Shown here in pieces: positions 25,401-34,213 of a stretch of DNA of 64,000 nt. The stretch lies in the IMG/VR virus record IMGVR_UViG_3300005662_000024; one strand, 5' to 3'. The stretch comes from a virus. The first letter of the stretch is position 1, and the number at the start of each line of letters is the position of its first letter. The translations under genes and the position numbers were made by a program. The notes beneath the pieces are model-generated. The model was not told where the DNA came from and searched no databases. It saw nothing but the letters and a program-made list of their open reading frames with translations.

Positions 25401-27997
25401 GAGATAGTGCAACAAGTTGGTTTAGTGCAGCATTTGAGGACACTAAAGATTTTTGGGATAGAAATGTTGGAATATACTTTACAGCTATATCAGATGGCCT
25501 AAGCGGATTACTTAATATGTTCCAACTTTCTATGGCTCAAATGGGTTATGGTTTAGCTGAGGTTGATAATCTAAATAAACAAGCTAATGTTTTAAATAAG
25601 TATTTAAATGACTCTATATATTACTCAATAGGAAATGAAGGAACACTATTAAGGGCAGTTGATAATCCATTCACAAGAGAGTATGGAGAACCAGTAGTAG
25701 AAGTACGAGAGCCGTTTCAAAGAATACATTATTTAAGTTCATTCAGCCATATTATTCAAAATAAAATACAAGAAAATATAAACGATGTTGCCACAGTTGT
25801 AACTGCAGTTTCTGATGGAAAATATCCAGTAACAGTAGCTTTAGATAAAGCTGCATCTCCAGAAAGGCAAGTTGAGAAAACTGTAGAAACTGGATTATAC
25901 TTTGATAATATAAGAGGATCTGGATTCTTTGGAGTTCTTCATCCAATGTTTCATCCATTTGAAACAGTTAGAGGAATATCCAAAATGGCGCAAGGTTCAC
26001 CAGATGAACTAACAGCTAGAAGAGTAGCTTTATCTCACTTGAAAGAATCAATAAAAGATATATATACAGGAGAGTTAATAGTAATAGGTTCTCCAGATAT
26101 TAGGCCTCATGACTTGGTGTATCTAGCTGACGTGTACGAAAGAATGTATGGTATATTTGAAGTAGAACAAGTGGTCCACCACTTTACTCCAGATTTAGGT
26201 TTTATTACTTCAATAACCCCAAATGCACTTGTCACAGTAAATGATCCAGCTAGATGGTTTATGACATCATGGTTAAATTCTTGGATGAGCTTACAAACAA
26301 TAAGAAATGATACTAGATTCTTACTAGCTTCTACCAATAACGCAAGAACTGGAATAGTAACTGGAGGTCAAGTTTCAGTCGATGCCTTAACAGAAGCACT
26401 ATCTGCTCAAATGCTTGGAGGGGTTCAATATACGCACGGGCATTCAGCTTTAGTAAAAGATGTCATGGCAAACTTCACCGCAAATGCAATGCCAGACGCA
26501 AGAAAGGCTTTAGCATCTCAAGCTAGGGACGGTAAACTACCAACAGATGATGGTAAAACGTTAATGGCTTCGCTTGTAACAACAGGACTAGCTACTGTAG
26601 TTGGAGCAGGGGCTGCTGCAACAGCTACTATTTTAACAGGAGGTGCAGCAGCACCTGTGATAGCAGCTGCTGTTGTTGGAGGAGCAATTTTAAGTGACGT
26701 AGCTTGGAGCGGATGGAAGTTCATTAGAGATAACGTTTTAGATCAACATGGTTGTTATGTTCAGTATTTATCTAGAAATGGTCAACCAATGGATGCTGGT
26801 CTTTCATTTAATCAAGGAATGGTTGTTGGGAAGTATCATTCTAAGGCTCTTCTTCCAGGTTTATTAGGTGTCAATACAAGAAAGTTAGTTAGGACACCTG
26901 AAGGCTATGCATACATTAGGACAGATGACCTATTGAAAAACCTTGGTTGGAAAGAAAAAGAGATTAGCGATCTTGTAAGACATATAAGTTTTGAGAACGC
27001 ATTAGTTAATGCACAAGTAATTAAATATGCAGGTATAGGTCCAGAAAAAGCTGGACTTAATCAATTCTTTAAGGTCATAGTAAAGGCATCAAGTTTTGTT
27101 GACGGCGATACAATCGATGTTGTTGATATATTAAGACCAGGAAGCGCTCCATTCACAATAAGATTTGAGGGAATCAACACAGCTGAATTAAATAAAATTA
27201 AAGGAACAATAGTTAACGCTCAGTATGGAGGGTTTGATTCAGCAGTAATTAATACTGATTCCGCTGGAGGTAGAGCCTTACTATATGTTATAGAATCATT
27301 AAAAGATAAAATATTTGTATTAAGAGTTGCTCCAAATGGTCAATTCTCAGCTGAAGTAACATTGAATACAGAAGTATTTGATGCAGGAGCTGCTCAAAAT
27401 ACTCCAGATAATTATCTTCAGGACACAAGTGTTCAAGATAATGGTTTTGGTCAAAAAACAGAAATAACATATGGAAGAACTTTGGGTACAATATTCCATA
27501 GAATACCTACATCGGAGATAGATTTAATAATATCTCAAATTAGATCTATATTTATAGATAAAAGTTCAAATATCACTCAAGTAAAGCAAGCGGTTAAAGA
27601 CTCAATATATTCTGATAAAATGTTAAACGCCGGCGTGCAAGTATTGAATCAAAAATTTGACACGGCATACGCAGAAGTTGAAAAGTTAAATTCTGATAGA
27701 AATTATTTTTCTACTACTGGAGAAGAAGATCCACTGTCAAATCTTTCTGAGGATAAAGTAAAAGTATTTAATAATTTAGTAGAAATTAAAATAATAGAAT
27801 CACTTTATGCAAAAGCATCTGAGTGGCCTTTAATACTTTGGGATGAGTACTATTCAGATGGAACACCTGCTTCTCTAAACTGGGAATTAGTAATAGCAAA
27901 TCTAGCAAATGTATACACGAAATCTCTACTATATAATATGGATTCAGTTAATCTAGATTCAGAAAATATAGGCGAACTTGGAACGATTAGGAATTAA
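16465..27997 (+). CDS. Giant multidomain baseplate-hub-like protein with C-terminal thermonuclease-like domain, about 3843 aa via +1 shift at CGG-A (16621-16624)
   Basis: AAGGT RBS at 16465; hub-like motifs (LKPGVRVHLKGGYG...LFNGMIT; GELIVIGSPDIRPHDLVYL...GIFEVEQVVHHF); C-terminal VDGDT...IRFEGINTAE...YGRTLG. Confidence 0.65.
16621..16624 (+). other. CGG +1 recoding site 3 (ACG CGG-A GGC), codon 53
   Basis: In-frame CGG within the overlap of 16465..16689 and the +1 frame (open from 16565). Confidence 0.75.
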
Positions 27998-27999
27998 AT

Positions 28000-30330
28000 A
28001 TGTCTAATAATCTAGATAAAAACTTAGGACCTAACTTTTCAATGGATATTTCTGACACTGATACAACTTTATCTTTTGTTCAAAAATTTCATTCTCAAGC
28101 ATATCCTGATAATGAAGTTTTAGTAAAAAATACATCTGCGTCAGAAAAAGGTTATGAAGATAGAGGCTTAGTTTCTCATACTGTTGAAAGTATAATGTCT
28201 GGTAATGCACTCTATAGAGATCCAAGCATCCCATTAGTCGCATACAATAGATTAACTTCTTCATCTTTAGACAGTCAATTGGCTTTTGCTGCAGATTACG
28301 CAGCCAATAATGGAGATAAAAATGTTCCAGATGAGCAAAAGTTTAGTTTCCCTAATCCAACTTATACAGGGAAAAAAGATGATCAAAGATTTGTTACTGG
28401 TCAAGGCGCGTTCGAATCAGCAGTAGCTTCTAGTGTTTTAGGAACCTCTTATGCTCCTGGTTATTTTCAGCAGAAAGCTGAATCTTATAAATATTTGATG
28501 AAAAATAACACAGAATTTGATAATGGAGAAGATTCTTTTCCTGATGGAGAACCATATTCAATAGACCCTGATGCAACTAGTCTTGGTTCAGCGGTTAATG
28601 GTTTTCCAGCAGCTTTTGTTGGAGATCTTAATCAAGAACAAAAAAAGGTTTATGAAGATTTAATTTTTAAATTGAACTCTAATGGAAATATAGAAGTATC
28701 AGGTAAGGCACAAATATTCTATATTAACGCAAACGCAAAAGATAAAAAAACATTATCCGAATACAACGATTATGGCTATTCGGATGGAACAACTAGAAAA
28801 TTAAAAACTGTAGAAAAGTTTCTTGACCTACCTGATGATAACACTTCTGCATTCTACCCATCACTAAGCCTGATGCTCTGCCTGCTAGAGTTAACTTCGT
28901 CTAATGGTATATATTTATCTGGTGGATTTGGGACCCACAGGGGAAGTAACCTAGTGCAAGCATTTATGACAAATATGGATCAATCAACTCTATCTGTTAC
29001 TGATCACGCCTTCGGCAGGGGCTTTGATATCATGCTTATTGGATCGACAAAAGATAGTAGAAAAAATTTAGAATCTTTAATAAGTAAACCAATAGAATGG
29101 AAAGAGCAGTTTGAAGTATTCCTTTCTAAGCTGTCATCATTGCCAGTTTACTTGCAGCCTGATTCAATTGTTTTTGGAAGAGAATGCTTTATGCAGTATC
29201 TTAATCCAGAAGACGATCCCAATAGATCAAAAATAAAAGAAATATTATTAAATAAATTTCCTGGATTAGGAAAACATATTAGTTTTGGAACAGACAAAGA
29301 AGGTAGCACACATTCTAATCACGTGCACATGAGTTTTGGCTGGTCAAGAGCTGGTAATCCAAACTCTATGTTGCAGACAGGAAATTCTGACGCACCACCT
29401 ACAGACATAGTTACTGGAACTTCTCCTATAGCAATAGATGAAAAAACTAAAAATGAATACCTCCAAATTGGAACTAAAAACTATGAAGGAGATAATCAAT
29501 CTTCTATAGAGCCTAAAAAAATGGCTGATTTACTTGTAGCAACTGGATTATATAATATAGAAGAAATAGCAACCATAGTTGGCATTATGAAAAGGGAAAG
29601 CAGTATTAGGCCAGGAGCATGGAACACCGCAGGAGCAATGGGACTAATGCAAATTGTATTTAATGATGGAACTGGTTGGGAAGATGAAAAGCTGCCAGTT
29701 CCGTATGGAAACTCTGTAAATAAGAAAAACGGTACAATTACAGGATATCTATTAAGAAATAAAAACTATACTTCGGATCAAGCATCTAAAGGAAAACAAT
29801 GGAATGTAACAACTGTTGATAATATTTTTTGGTATCCAATAAACCAAATATCAATAATGGCCTATCAGATGAAGGTATATTATAGTCAAGAAAAATACAA
29901 AGACGCAGGACAAAGAAAGTCTTCAGAATCAAAAACATTATGGTCTAACTGGGGAGATGGACCATGGGGTCGAGGCAGTAACCAAATGCCGTATGGAGTG
30001 TTATCTAGTGTAAGTAGAGATACTGTTAAGCTAGTTTATGAATATCTAGGCGGAAACTGGGCAACGGATTTTTTTAGCTGGGGAGCAGTTGCCCTAGTTG
30101 ATGAAACGACTCAAATAAAAAGGCCGATAAATGATGCTGCAACACAGGCATTGGCCATAAAAGATGAGGATGGTAATATAAAATCTTGGAAAGGAGCTCC
30201 GTATAGAAATTATTTTGATTATTATTTATGGTTTATTGGACCAGAAAAAATACTAAAAGGAAACTCCCCAAGACTTCACTATCCAAAAACATTAGCTGAA
30301 GTTAATTCTATTATATCTTCATCCCGTTAA
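28000..30330 (+). CDS. Tail-associated peptidoglycan hydrolase (M15-like Zn peptidase plus lysozyme/SLT-like domain)
   Basis: TDHAFGRGFD...HSNHVHMS (H, D, HxH zinc ligands) and MKRESS...GAMGLMQI (SLT-type ES and GLMQ motifs). Confidence 0.75.
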   Translation: MSNNLDKNLGPNFSMDISDTDTTLSFVQKFHSQAYPDNEVLVKNTSASEKGYEDRGLVSHTVESIMSGNALYRDPSIPLVAYNRLTSSSLDSQLAFAADYAANNGDKNVPDEQKFSFPNPTYTGKKDDQRFVTGQGAFESAVASSVLGTSYAPGYFQQKAESYKYLMKNNTEFDNGEDSFPDGEPYSIDPDATSLGSAVNGFPAAFVGDLNQEQKKVYEDLIFKLNSNGNIEVSGKAQIFYINANAKDKKTLSEYNDYGYSDGTTRKLKTVEKFLDLPDDNTSAFYPSLSLMLCLLELTSSNGIYLSGGFGTHRGSNLVQAFMTNMDQSTLSVTDHAFGRGFDIMLIGSTKDSRKNLESLISKPIEWKEQFEVFLSKLSSLPVYLQPDSIVFGRECFMQYLNPEDDPNRSKIKEILLNKFPGLGKHISFGTDKEGSTHSNHVHMSFGWSRAGNPNSMLQTGNSDAPPTDIVTGTSPIAIDEKTKNEYLQIGTKNYEGDNQSSIEPKKMADLLVATGLYNIEEIATIVGIMKRESSIRPGAWNTAGAMGLMQIVFNDGTGWEDEKLPVPYGNSVNKKNGTITGYLLRNKNYTSDQASKGKQWNVTTVDNIFWYPINQISIMAYQMKVYYSQEKYKDAGQRKSSESKTLWSNWGDGPWGRGSNQMPYGVLSSVSRDTVKLVYEYLGGNWATDFFSWGAVALVDETTQIKRPINDAATQALAIKDEDGNIKSWKGAPYRNYFDYYLWFIGPEKILKGNSPRLHYPKTLAEVNSIISSSR

Positions 30331-30341
30331 AGGCAGGAAAA

Positions 30342-30708
30342 ATGGCAAGTAAATATCCAAAATTTGATAAAAAAATAGATGAAATGATATCTGTCTCTGA
30401 AATGCAGAGGCAGAAAACAAGAATTGGAGTTATAGCCTCTTATGATAAGAGAACTAATACAGCTAGAGTTTTACTTGAGGATAGGTTTTCTGATCAAATA
30501 ACCGATGTACTAACTGGAGTTTCTTGTCCAATGATACAGCGGAATTCAAAATGTTGCACCAGAGACTGGAACACGATGCCTAGTGGCATTTAGGGATTCA
30601 AATGAAAGAATGCCGTACATACTTTCCTTTTATAATTCTCCAAATGATACAACTCCAATAACTTATAATAATATTTCCTATTCGGGAATACCGAGGTTTA
30701 TGATCTAA
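30342..30708 (+). CDS. Baseplate spike gpV/gp5-like OB-fold protein, 121 aa via +1 shift at CGG-A (30540-30543)
   Basis: N-half RIGVIASYDKRTNTARV joins +1 frame GIQNVAPETGTRCLVAFRDSNERMPYIL, the typical OB-fold 'P..G..v.v.F.......P.i' motif; the +1 frame stops at 30708, immediately before ATG 30710. Confidence 0.75.
30540..30543 (+). other. CGG +1 recoding site 4 (CAG CGG-A ATT), codon 67
   Basis: A +1-frame TGA at 30532-30534 lies two codons upstream; frame 0 stops at 30593. Confidence 0.85.
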
Positions 30709-30709
30709 A

Positions 30710-31378
30710 ATGATTGAAAAAAAATACTTTAAAAAACCAGTATTTCAAGAGTCTGGTCCATCAATTGAAAATCTTCAATCTGATTATGTTTTTCGTAAAA
30801 GAAATGAATTTTCAAGAAGAGAAGTTGGGTTAAACCATCCAGATACTCTATCTTTTATAAAGTTAAACGACGCTGGAGATATAGAAATAATGGCAAGTCC
30901 AGGAGTTGGTATTATAATCAGCGCTGCTACTAGATCTATCAGCCTTTTTGCTGATACCTTTAAAATATATACAACTGAAGATGACGGCATAAGATGGAAT
31001 AAATACGCATTTAATTACGCCGGTACCGACTTTACAGAGCCATTTTTGGTTTCTTTAAAAGACTTCCAAAAAAGCCCCGCCTATCATAATTATGAAGAAA
31101 AAATAGGAAAAATAGAAGCTTTAAAAAATATAACAAACGATAATAGTATTACTATTAATACAGAATATGAATACAAAGTACCATCGATTAAAAAAACAAT
31201 TACTTTAAAAACAATTGATGGTTATGAAAATTATATTTCTGAAGATCATTTAAATTTATTAAAAGAACTTTCAAAAGAAAAAACATCTGATTTTATAGAT
31301 TACATGAAAGAACTTTTATACAATGGATATACTTTTAATCAAGCTAAAATAAAAGCAGAAAGAGATATTAAGTCGTAA
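30710..31378 (+). CDS. Putative spike/baseplate protein (gp5 C-terminal-like beta-strand region)
   Basis: LNHPDTLSFIKLNDAGDIEIMA resembles spike beta-helix entry segments; lies between gpV-like and gp25-like genes. Confidence 0.45.
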   Translation: MIEKKYFKKPVFQESGPSIENLQSDYVFRKRNEFSRREVGLNHPDTLSFIKLNDAGDIEIMASPGVGIIISAATRSISLFADTFKIYTTEDDGIRWNKYAFNYAGTDFTEPFLVSLKDFQKSPAYHNYEEKIGKIEALKNITNDNSITINTEYEYKVPSIKKTITLKTIDGYENYISEDHLNLLKELSKEKTSDFIDYMKELLYNGYTFNQAKIKAERDIKS

Positions 31379-31379
31379 A

Positions 31380-31755
31380 ATGTCTGACCTATACCTAACC
31401 TTTGATGGAGACTTAAAAATGTCTTCCAATAAAGATATATCCTTAGTTTCTTCGCCTGCACAGAATGATGTGCAGCAGATATATATAAGGCTCATGACAG
31501 AGCCTGGAGATTTTCACGTATATCCACAACTTGGTACAGCTCTATCAAAACTATACCGGAATGCCTCAAGACCCAGCAACAGCAGAGTATGGTAAAATGT
31601 TAATTAGATCAGCTTTAAATAAAGAGGGAATTTTTTCTGGAAGAAATATTCAAATATCAGCAGTACCGACAGCTCCAGATTCCATAAGGTTTGATGTTAA
31701 ATTAATAACAAGCTATGGAGAACCAGTTACTCTTTCAATTAGTCAAAATATTTAA
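31380..31755 (+). CDS. Baseplate gp25/gpW-like (sheath initiator) protein, 124 aa via +1 shift at CGG-A (31557-31560)
   Basis: Fused product reads IRLMTEPGDFHVYPQLGTALSKLY-G-MPQDPATAEYGKMLIRSAL, a gp25-like motif; directly upstream of the gpJ-like gene. Confidence 0.8.
31557..31560 (+). other. CGG +1 recoding site 5 (TAC CGG-A ATG), codon 60
   Basis: In-frame CGG at the point where the gp25-like motif switches frame. Confidence 0.85.
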
Positions 31756-31763
31756 GGATAAAA

Positions 31764-32930
31764 ATGGCCATAATATATACAAAAACAAAAACAGAGATAC
31801 TTGATCAAATTTTAAATTCCCTGGAAAAGAACGCAGGTATAACTTCTACTTCTCCTGGGTCAATCGCTAGAGCTTTTGCTGAGGCAATGTCTGACCAAAT
31901 TGGTGATTTATATACTATATTAAAATATAATGTAGATCAAACTATGATAAGTACAGCTTCTGGTAGAAATCTAGATTTAATAGGAGAGTTGTATTCTGTT
32001 CCAAGAAAATTTGTTTCACAACAAGTAGCTGAAGATAGAAATATTGCAAACATACTTTTTGCAATTTCAAAACCATACAGTAAAGATATAGTTATACCAA
32101 AAGATACTTTAATTTATAATGACATTAGTTCAACTTCTTCTTTACAATTTCAGTATAAACTAGTTGGAGACGTTGTAATTGCTTCTGGTTCTACTAGGGC
32201 TTACGGTCAGGTAAGCGCAGCTTTTTCAGATAGAACATATACAGCTGCTATAGGAAGTCTTACAAAGCACAATTTTATATCTCCTCCTGGAGTTATTCTT
32301 TCTGTTAATAATATTAAAGAAGTAACAAATCAAATTGACTATGAAAGCGATGATTCTTATAGAAAGAGAATTATTAGATCAATCAAGGCAAATACTTCTG
32401 GAACAGCTGAAGCAATAAGGTTATCAGCCCTTTCGGTAAGAGGGGTAAGAGATATTCGAATAAGAGAAGGGTCCTTTGGAATGGGTTCCTGCGATGTTAT
32501 AATAGTCCCAGAGTCTCCATCATATGCAGCATCACTAGATCAATCTGTTGCACAAGAGCTCCAAAGAGTTAAGCCCATAGGAATAAGGATGAACGTAAGA
32601 GTGGCGCAAAGGGTGCCAGTTTCAGTATCTGCCAATATACTTTTAGCCGCTGGTTCAAGTCAGTTATTAAACAATGGAGTCGCCAATCAGTCCGCTTACT
32701 TTGCTAAAAGATATTTAAACTCATTTACAATTGGGGATACATTAAACATAGATGCGTTAAAATCTCAAATAATGTCTGCTTCTGACCTTATCTCAGATGT
32801 CGTAATAAATTCCGTATCAGTTAATGGAGTAGAAATTCCAAAAGAAAATTATCAACTACCAACAGAAAGATCTTATCTTGTAGCAGGAATTGTTGAAATA
32901 TATCCTGCTATAATAGGATACACTCAATAA
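31764..32930 (+). CDS. Baseplate J/gp47-like wedge protein
   Basis: PGSIARAFAEA, TASGRNLDLIGELY, ESDDSYRKRI, GTAEAIR...VRGV and KPIGI motifs. Confidence 0.85.
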   Translation: MAIIYTKTKTEILDQILNSLEKNAGITSTSPGSIARAFAEAMSDQIGDLYTILKYNVDQTMISTASGRNLDLIGELYSVPRKFVSQQVAEDRNIANILFAISKPYSKDIVIPKDTLIYNDISSTSSLQFQYKLVGDVVIASGSTRAYGQVSAAFSDRTYTAAIGSLTKHNFISPPGVILSVNNIKEVTNQIDYESDDSYRKRIIRSIKANTSGTAEAIRLSALSVRGVRDIRIREGSFGMGSCDVIIVPESPSYAASLDQSVAQELQRVKPIGIRMNVRVAQRVPVSVSANILLAAGSSQLLNNGVANQSAYFAKRYLNSFTIGDTLNIDALKSQIMSASDLISDVVINSVSVNGVEIPKENYQLPTERSYLVAGIVEIYPAIIGYTQ

Positions 32931-32938
32931 AAAAGCAG

Positions 32939-34198
32939 GTGAAAATGTCGGTAGAATCATATTATGTAGTTAAGACTACGTCTATAGTTAAAGCTACAAA
33001 CAAGACTAAGGCTAAATCCATATTGGTTGGAGAAGAGTCACATGGTGAAATTCTGGCTCAAAAAGTTGAAGTCGAAAGAAAAGATCAAGATGGAATTGCA
33101 GAGCTAGTATCTAAATTAGATAATGATTTCCCAGTACAAGAAGATGAAGATGTTGAAGAAGAAAATGGAAACAGCTATTCTTCATACTTAACAGTTAATG
33201 AGGATATCGTAAATTTTCTTAGATCAGAAAATAAAAGATTAATTAAATTAGTTGAAAAAAACAAAAACGTAAAAGATGAAGCAGTATATTCTGTTTACCA
33301 AGCTGCATACGACGCATTCGGTAGTTTTGAACTACCTTCAATAAAAAGAGTTAACTATTCAAAAACAAAAGGTGTACCAGAAACAGCAGTAGCAGTATTT
33401 GCTGACTGGCAACTAGGCAAGGTGACTCCAAGTTATAATAGCGATATCTTAGCAAAGAGAATAGAACTCTATACGGAGAAGCTATTAGAAATAACAGAGA
33501 TACAAAGAGCGCATCACCCAGTTGATGATTTACATGTTTGGCTTTTAGGCGATATAGTTGAAGGTGAAGAAATCTTCCCTGGGCAAAGTCATTTAATTGA
33601 TTCAGGTTTATATAGACAAGTTGGAGTAAATGGGCCAGAAATTTTGACTACATTTATAAATACATGTTTACAAAACTTTGATAATATTCATATAACCGGA
33701 GTTATAGGAAACCATGGTTCTGTTGGTGGTAGAGCTAGAAAGCAGCACGATCCAGAGACAAATATGGATAGACTTTTGTATAAGATTATTCAATTAATAT
33801 ACTCAAAAGAAAAAAGAGTTTCCTTTAATATTCCAGACGGAAGAGGGGAAAGAAATTTCTACGCCATAGATACTATAGGAGACTACAGTAGTCTTTTAAT
33901 ACATGGTGACCAAATGCCTTCTCCTGGACAGTTCTATGGTTACTATAAGAAAGTAATGGGATGGAAAGACGAAGCCATTCCAGAAAATTTTGAAGATGTG
34001 TACATGGGTCACTACCATCAAAAGTTTAAAATGACAATAGGTAGTAGTACATTAAGAATATCTGGTTCTCCAGAAAGTCACAACACGTATGCTCAAGAAT
34101 ACTTTAATTCTATGAGCAGACCATGCCAAGATCTTTTGTATGTTCATCCAAAAAATGGAATAACTTCGGAGTACACAATCTGGTTAGACGCAGTATAG
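32939..34198 (+). CDS. Calcineurin-like metallophosphoesterase with N-terminal small domain and coiled coil
   Basis: DWQLG, GDIVEG, GNHG, HGD and GHYH motifs; start may be ATG 32945. Confidence 0.8.
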   Translation: MKMSVESYYVVKTTSIVKATNKTKAKSILVGEESHGEILAQKVEVERKDQDGIAELVSKLDNDFPVQEDEDVEEENGNSYSSYLTVNEDIVNFLRSENKRLIKLVEKNKNVKDEAVYSVYQAAYDAFGSFELPSIKRVNYSKTKGVPETAVAVFADWQLGKVTPSYNSDILAKRIELYTEKLLEITEIQRAHHPVDDLHVWLLGDIVEGEEIFPGQSHLIDSGLYRQVGVNGPEILTTFINTCLQNFDNIHITGVIGNHGSVGGRARKQHDPETNMDRLLYKIIQLIYSKEKRVSFNIPDGRGERNFYAIDTIGDYSSLLIHGDQMPSPGQFYGYYKKVMGWKDEAIPENFEDVYMGHYHQKFKMTIGSSTLRISGSPESHNTYAQEYFNSMSRPCQDLLYVHPKNGITSEYTIWLDAV

Positions 34199-34213
34199 TC
34201 AATAGGGGCTTAG

